Below are positions 56,901-64,000 of a DNA stretch of 64,000 nucleotides, piece after piece. Position 1 is the stretch's first letter. Each line of letters begins with the position of its first letter. Source of the stretch: Octopus vulgaris (Eukaryota); the NCBI GenBank assembly GCA_951406725.2, contig OX597831.1, positions 64,232,001 to 64,296,000 of the forward strand, in the 5' to 3' direction. The notes beneath the pieces were generated by a model, which saw only the letters and a program-made list of their open reading frames with translations, made no database searches and had not been told where the DNA came from. Position numbers and translations under genes: made by a program.

Positions 56901-57347
56901 AATCTCAAGAGGCAAGAACATTGTGATGGCATCGGTTAGTTCTAGAATCAAAGAGATATAAAGTTGTTATTAGAATAGATAAGTGGGAAAATTGCACCAA
57001 AGGCGTTCACTATTAGTTATATTCGGTTTCTGCTCAAATCTGCTTCAGGTAGAGTTTCATATCCCAACATTCCTTAACAGCATTGAAATTTAATACTTCA
57101 AAAGCTTCTCCAATGTTGTTAGATTTTGCTTCACTAATTTAACTCCAAATGAAAAACCTACTGCTATACCTACTTGAAGCTATTATGTGGAAGATTTCAA
57201 ATTCGTAAGGCAAAAAAAGTACCTAGTCAAAGAAGGCAGCAGTGAACCATTAGCTCACAGTAAAGAGATCAAGTTATAGTAAAGAAAAAAAAACAAAAAT
57301 CACAAATGATGCCTTATCATTTATTTCTCTACCACTATCAATATTCA

Positions 57348-57717
57348 TCTCTCTATATATAAACAGCAAAATGTCTGTCTGTGTGTGTGTATCCTTTATA
57401 CAAATCCACAATTTTTCAGTTAGAGGGCTCGCACTTTCTATGGTCATTGAAAACCGTCCAAGGGTGGTCGTGCACATCTTTACATTTCCCCAGTCACCCC
57501 GCAAAAGCATTAAAAAATCAATAGAAGTGACTTTTATGTGAATTTTCTATCCAAAACCCAATCAAAATGCCCGAAACTTGATACACCAATTGAATGCCAG
57601 CTAGCTGTATGTGATTGGTTGGAGATTTGGACAGTGCTCTCGTGTATGTGCACACTCACGCAGCTGTATATGCATGCACTAGCACTACGACCCGGCATTA
57701 ACAGGTCATAGTCCTAG
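57348..57717 (+). mobile_element. Non-autonomous Helitron; 3' end fragment of the same family at 40600-40692 (-); another 5' end at 62096
   Basis: A|TC...TATATATAAA start, terminal hairpin, CTAG|T end. The 40600 fragment has the hairpin CTAGCACTATGACCC/GGGTCATAGTGCTAG. Confidence 0.78.
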
Positions 57718-58791
57718 TATATTTGTAACTGACATTCCATCAGTCACAATGATGAGGTTTCCAATTGATCTGATCAATGGAACAGCCTGCTAGTGAAATT
57801 ATCGTACAAGTGGATGAGCACTCCAGAGATACAAGTACTCTTAACATGTGCAGATTCAACATGACACAATGTGAACAGACTGGCCATATGAATTACATGT
57901 ACAACTCATTTTCGCCATCTGAGTGGACAGGAGCAGCATAAAATAAAGTGTCTTGTTTAACCCTTTAGCATTTAAACCGGCCATATCCGGCCCAAATATT
58001 CTACTTGTTCTGTGTTCAAACCAGCAGGATCTGGCTTTGCACACTTATCCTACAATGTCATTCTAAGAATAAGCAATCACATCCTCAAAATTTCTATACT
58101 ACGATGTCTTTGTATGATTAATTCAAAACAATATGCATTAATAAGTATTACATTTGACAGAATAATCTGAATACTAAAGGGTTAAGGACACAAAGTACCA
58201 CTAGAAATTGAATTCAAGATCTTACAATCGTGAACCAAATGCCCTAACCAGTAAGCCGTGCACCTTCACATCAAATACTTTTACATGCTTTTCTAGTACC
58301 TGTCATTGATGAAACAACACATACTATATTGCAATATTCATATTTTAGCAAGACTGACATGAAATTTGCATATTATCAACTGCCACTGACAAAGTTATTT
58401 ATTATTTTTTTTTTTTTTTAATCTGATACTTATTCTGTCTCTTTTGCTGAACTGCTAAGTTACAGGGGTACAAAAACACCAACACAGGTTGTCAAGCAGT
58501 GGGGGGGGGGAACAAACATAGGAATTAAGACACATACAGATATATACACAGTGAGCTTCTTTCAGTTTCCATCTACTAAATCTACTTTCAAGGCTTTGGT
58601 CAGCTCGAGGCTATTAGTAGAAGGCATTTGCTCAAGGTGCCACACAATAGGACTGAACCTGGAACCATGCAGTTGGGATGCAAGCTTCTTACCACAAAGC
58701 CATGCTTGCACCTTCATTTTAATTTTATTTATTTATTAGTTTATTATTCTGTGGCTTAAAATATCTCACATGAAAGAGCAAATATAACAAA

Positions 58792-58828
<37 letters not shown>

Positions 58829-59039
58829 GAGCCTCCGTGGAGTTTCCATCTACCAATTCCTTCCATAAGTCATTGGTTGGCCCAAGGCAATAGCAGAAGA
58901 CACTTGCTCAAAGTGCCACACATCAGACTAAACCTAAAACCATGTGGTTGCAAAGTGAACCTCTTAACCATATACATGCAGCTCTGTATCTGTCCAATAA
59001 AAATGCATTCTTTACAAAACAAGCATGACATTCCTTGGA

Positions 59040-59404
59040 TATTGCAATCACCTCCCTCCAGCAGGTCATCCTAACGAGACGTCTGCGTTGGCTGGGTCAT
59101 GCCTTCCGTCGTCAACCAGGAGAATTCATCTACAAAGCAATTGCCCCAGCTCCCCTTCAGGGTTGGCGAAAGCAATGTGGTGGACAACGAAAAACCTGGC
59201 TGATGACAGTCAAGGATGATCGGGAACCCATCCTAGGCCCCCATATCTACGGTGTTCGCCGCTGGGGTAAGGAGTGGTTGAAGATCACGCAGTCATTAGC
59301 CTCAAATCGCCAGGCCTGGTCTGTGTTTGTGAGAGATGCAGCATTGAGGATGAATGAAGCCAGCTCAACCCACCCCGGGTGAATACTGTCTCAAGTCAAG
59401 TCAA
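59040..59404 (+). mobile_element. RTE-clade LINE 3' end with (TCAAG)n tail
   Basis: RRLRWLGHAFRR...GGQRKTW..TVKDD...ASNRQAW; tail tcaagtcaagtcaa. Confidence 0.85.
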
Positions 59405-61375
59405 AAGTCTCTTATTCCCCACTGAACAAAACAGAGTAAGAATCCTAAATTTTGTATTTTTCATTGCATTATTAGCATCTCGCTTGAAGGAAAACCAACA
59501 AAAATTAGCTATCAGAAAAGCAATAAGAAAGTTGCCTTGTTGCCACACACACACAGATTAACATAAATGGCTCTCTATTTCACTATTTCATCAAGTGTTA
59601 TAAATTCACTATCATTCCTAGCTAAATATTTCCTGTGATTACAAGTAAGCATCTCAAACAATATCAAAACAACCACAAAATAATATTTTCTCAAATCAAC
59701 ATAGGATGTTTACTTGACACAAAAGTGAGTGGAATTCTAGATATAAAAAATGCAATGCAATTGGTTAAAGAGTGATGTGCAACAGCAGGGTACATCAACT
59801 CTTGTATGGATTTGCTTGTCATCATTTCAAGCATACTCCCTTGCCCATTTGCAACAAGATTCTTACAAGCAGCAGCTGTGTCAACTCCATAGCGAGAGAG
59901 GGATGGGTTGAAGGTTAAGTTCATGAATTGAAGGCTGACAGCAGGAGCAATAGCAGCCACAGCAACCGGGAGTTATAAGCTAATGCTTGCTGTAATCGCT
60001 ACATTGTGTACCACTGTGCTTACTATTCAGATCGTTACACTCCTTTACCTCTTGTCCATTATTGCAAGGGGATAGAGTATATTCAATTATCAACACCAAA
60101 GGGATGAAAGGCAAAATTTCTTCTATCAGGATTTAAACAGGCAACATTAATATACTGAAAACAGAGGCCATAAAACAACCAATCCAGATTTCTACTGTTT
60201 CAATTGCTTTTAAACTATTAATAATGATTTGTTATGCTATGATTCAATACTTTAGAGAGGAGGAAGTTGATTAATCCAAAACCAGAATATTACTGGTATT
60301 TATCTCATTGAGAATTTCAAATTTTATAAGTATTTTCGGATCTTTTCGGTTTGAACGGCAGTTTTTAACATAATTTCTAGGTAACTAAAAAATTTTAAAC
60401 TTCGTATACTGGTAGAATGTGTTTATAAAACATCTTTTCCTCTTGGCTTTATTGAGAAAATTTTATAGTTTGTAAGATGGTTTTTTTTCTTCAATTTCTG
60501 CAATTTCAACCAATCAATGACGTCTATTGAGGTAAAAAAAAATATTCTGTGCCGTATGAATATGTCCCTCGTTTAAGAAACAGATTGGGTTTATTTACAT
60601 TTGTGAAGAAAAAACGATACCCTTCCCCCCAACCCTAACCCTAACCAACCCTAACTAATCCTAACCCTAAAACAGATTGAAATGCAATAGATCGATACTA
60701 GGGTCATAATTATGGGTGACAATTTCATATGAAACCGCTAGAAAAAACTGCCGTTCAAACTGAAGGAGTTGAGACTAATTTCAAATTTTGGCACAAGACC
60801 AGCTACTTCGGGGGGTGGGACCCCGGTACTTGACTGGTATTCACTTTATCAACCCCAAAAGGATGAAAGGCAAAGTCGACCTCAGCGAAATGTCACTAAG
60901 CTATTTGCCCAGCATGCAGCTTTTTTGTAATAGGGATTACTAAGGTGTTAATATTACACAAGAAGAAGGCAGCAAGCTGGCAGAATTGTTACCACACTGG
61001 CAAAAATGCATAACAGCATTTCTTCTAACTCTGCATTCTGAGTTCAAATGCCGACAGAGTCAACTTTGCTTTTCATCTTTTTGGGGTGAATAAAATAAGT
61101 ACCAGTTGAGTACTGGGGTCAGTGTAATCGGCTTACCTCCTCACCCAAAATTGCTGGCCTTGTGCCAAAATTTGAAACTAATATTATACAAGAAGAGAAA
61201 AATAAAGATTATCTAAGGAGTGGCTGTGTGGTAAGTAGCTTGCTTACCAACCACATGGTTCCAGGTTCAGTCCCACTGCGTGGCACCTTGGGCAAGTGTC
61301 TTCTACTATAGCTTCAGGCTGACCAAAGCCTTGTGAGTGGATTTGGTAGATGAAAACTGAAAGAAGCCCGTCGTA

Positions 61376-61426
<51 letters not shown>

Positions 61427-62374
61427 ATGTTTGTGTGTCTGTGTTTATCCCCTCCAAAATCGCTTGACAACCGATTGGTGTGTTTTTGTTCCCATAACTT
61501 AGCAGTTCGGCAAAAGAGACCAATAGAATAAGTACTAGGCTTACAAAGAATAAGTCCTGGGGTCGATTTGCTCAACTAAAGGCAGTGTTCCAGCATGGCC
61601 GCAGTCAAATGACTGAAACAAGTAAAAGAGTAAATATTTCTTTCCTCAATTGAAGTTTGCAGGAATATCTGATTTCATCTGAAAAATCAATATCTCTTTA
61701 CTGAGCTCATAAATCAAAGCAGCTGAGTAGATAATATGTCAGCTTGATAGCTCATGAATTGCATGTATTATGATAAACATTATACTCATGCACTGTATGT
61801 ATCTGATCGTGTCACTGAGCAACAAAGCTATTCTAAAAATCTACACTTGGAACCAGTGACCTGGAGACCAGGCACTAAGGGTTTTCTAAGGTAGGTTAAC
61901 TGCATTAGTGTTCAGGTTGTCTATCATCTGTCCAACTGGTTTCATGAACTAGAATGATTTGTAGCAGGGCTACAGGAGCTCACCATCATCTTTTTAGAAA
62001 TAAAATTTTTGTTGTTTTTACATTTTGATAGTAGTACCATACTTCCAATTATAACGATAAAGAGACATATGTGAATTAAATCAAAACTAAGGTAATCTAT
62101 ATATATAAAACTGAGAATGTGTGTCTGTCTGTATCTATGTGTGTGAGTGTGTATGTGTGCATCACTAAAACTCAAGAACTAACCAACCAATTTCATTCAA
62201 GTTTTACACATGCATTACTTAGGATCCATGGAGTGTTATGGGCCAAAAACATTTTCAACTTCTTGCCTAATGCAAGCCCTAAACAATCGCTTAGATTATT
62301 TCAGTATAATGGTATAACGTGTAAAAAAAGGGAAACAATAACATCTCTATTATAATGTGATAGAATAGTTTCAC

Positions 62375-62413
<39 letters not shown>

Positions 62414-62627
62414 TTGTTTGTATATATATATATATTAATACTTTCACTTGTAATACTTCCATTTCTTTTAGTTTCACTATGTATATATATATACATGTTT
62501 GGAAAATGATGCGTGGCGTTCGATCATATAATAATATAAATAATATATAAATATATGCATATATACATATACATATGCACATACCTACGTACATATGTAT
62601 ATATACATGCATATGGCCCCCGTGCTG

Positions 62628-62770
62628 GTGGCACGTAAAAAGCACCATCCAACCGTGGCCGTTTGCCAGCCCCGTCTGGCACCTATGCCGGTGGCACGTA
62701 AAAAGCACCATCCAACCGTGGCCGTTTGCCAGCCCCGTCTGGCACCTATGCCGGTGGCACGTAAAAAGCA
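62628..62770 (+). repeat. 63 bp tandem duplication inside an RTE-type 3' UTR
   Basis: GTGGCACGTAAAAAGCACCATCCAACCGTGGCC...CCTATGCCG occurs twice plus a partial third unit. Confidence 0.85.
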
Positions 62771-64000
62771 CCCACTACACTCACGGAGTTGTTGGCATTA
62801 GGAAGGGCATCCAGCCGTAGAAACACTGCCAGATCAGACTGGGCCTGATGCAGCCTTCTGGCTTCTCAGACCCCAGTTGAACCGTCCAACCCATGCTAGC
62901 ATGGAAAGCAGACGCTAAATGATGATGATGATGATGATGATATGGGTACAGGACATATTTGGGATTTTTTGCAGAGGGTAAAAGTGGTAACAAGAACAGG
63001 ACAATAAGAACAAAACAGTAAAAACAATGGGCAAGTGTCTTCTACTACAGCCTCAGGCTGACCAAAGCCTTGTGAGTAAATTTGATAGGTGAAAACTGAA
63101 AGAAGCCTGTCATGTGTGTGTATGTGTCTTTGTGTCTGTGTTTGTCCCCCACCACTGCTTGACAACCAGTGTTGGTGTGTTTACATCCCCATAGCTTAGC
63201 AGTTCAGCAAAAGAGACCAATAGAATAAGTACCAGGCTTAAAAAGAAAATAAATACTGGGATCAATTAGTTCGACTAAAATTCCTCAAGGCGATGCCCCA
63301 GCGTGGCCACAGTCTAATGACTGAAACAAGCAAGAGATAAATGGTAAATGATCAAAATACAAATTGCAAAAAAAAAAAAAGTAGGGTGTAAATTTATTTT
63401 TTAAACTATACCAGAGGAATGAAAAAGGTTGGGAACCCCTAATTACAGCATTTACAAGGGTTTTGTTATTGTTTTTTCTCATTTACAAGAGTACAAATTT
63501 GTTAGGGCAGGGATAGTGAAATGAAGTGACTCTAGTACATGACTATACCTTGTTTTATCCATCCTAACAGATGAATGAACAGAGTGAATCCAAAGAGATT
63601 TGAAATCCCTGATGTAGCAGCACAGCAAAAAAAACACTATAATATTTCATCAGATACTTTGCCACATCTGCTAGGAAAGCGATTACAAGATGTCCATATA
63701 AGTAAAACACAATAGATAAGATCTGCTGATGTGTCAAAAGAAGGCATATCTAATCTACCTTCAACAGATGAGGGACAAGAGAGTAGGAAGACAGAGATGC
63801 CTGTTAAAGCTTTTAGGCGCAGGAGTGGCTGTGTGGTAAGTAGCTTGCTAACCAACCATATGGTTCTGGGTTCAGTCCCACTGCTTGGCATCTTGGGCAA
63901 GTGTCTTCTGCTATAGCCCCGGGCCGACCAATGCCTTGTGAGTGGATTTGGTAGACGGAAACTGAAAGAAGCCTGTCGTATATATGTATATATATATGTG

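Noticed and set aside
60630-60670. Telomere or chromosome-fusion relic (CCCTAA runs)
   Set aside because: Short runs internal to a multicopy MITE.

Overview
Eukaryotic, AT-rich, repeat-dense animal DNA; the repeat families point to an octopus or other coleoid cephalopod (inference). There are two real protein-coding genes, both on the minus strand: an intact FRG1 with an intronless CDS (10199-10975, 258 aa), and a seven-coding-exon PCGF3-like Polycomb RING finger gene (CDS exons 48835 down to 31245, 227 aa, reconstructed by hand from GT-AG junctions). Almost all other ORFs in the track are microsatellite or repeat artefacts. The rest of the window consists of tRNA-derived SINEs, 3' fragments of LINEs (RTE, CR1, R4/Dong, HERO-like), non-autonomous Helitrons, MITEs (TTAA/piggyBac-like, hAT-like, and GG-ended 8-9 bp-TSD elements, three families of which carry CCCTAA repeats), and very long (TA)n, (CA)n and (GAA)n tracts. 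The most unusual structure is a cluster of Penelope-like terminal repeats at about 3.5-8.1 kb carrying minimal hammerhead-ribozyme motifs. One of them is split, within 1-3 nt of its predicted self-cleavage site, by a ~730 bp insertion copied from two nearby loci, and a 154 bp spacer-less palindrome lies next to it. No rRNA, true tRNA or CRISPR was found.
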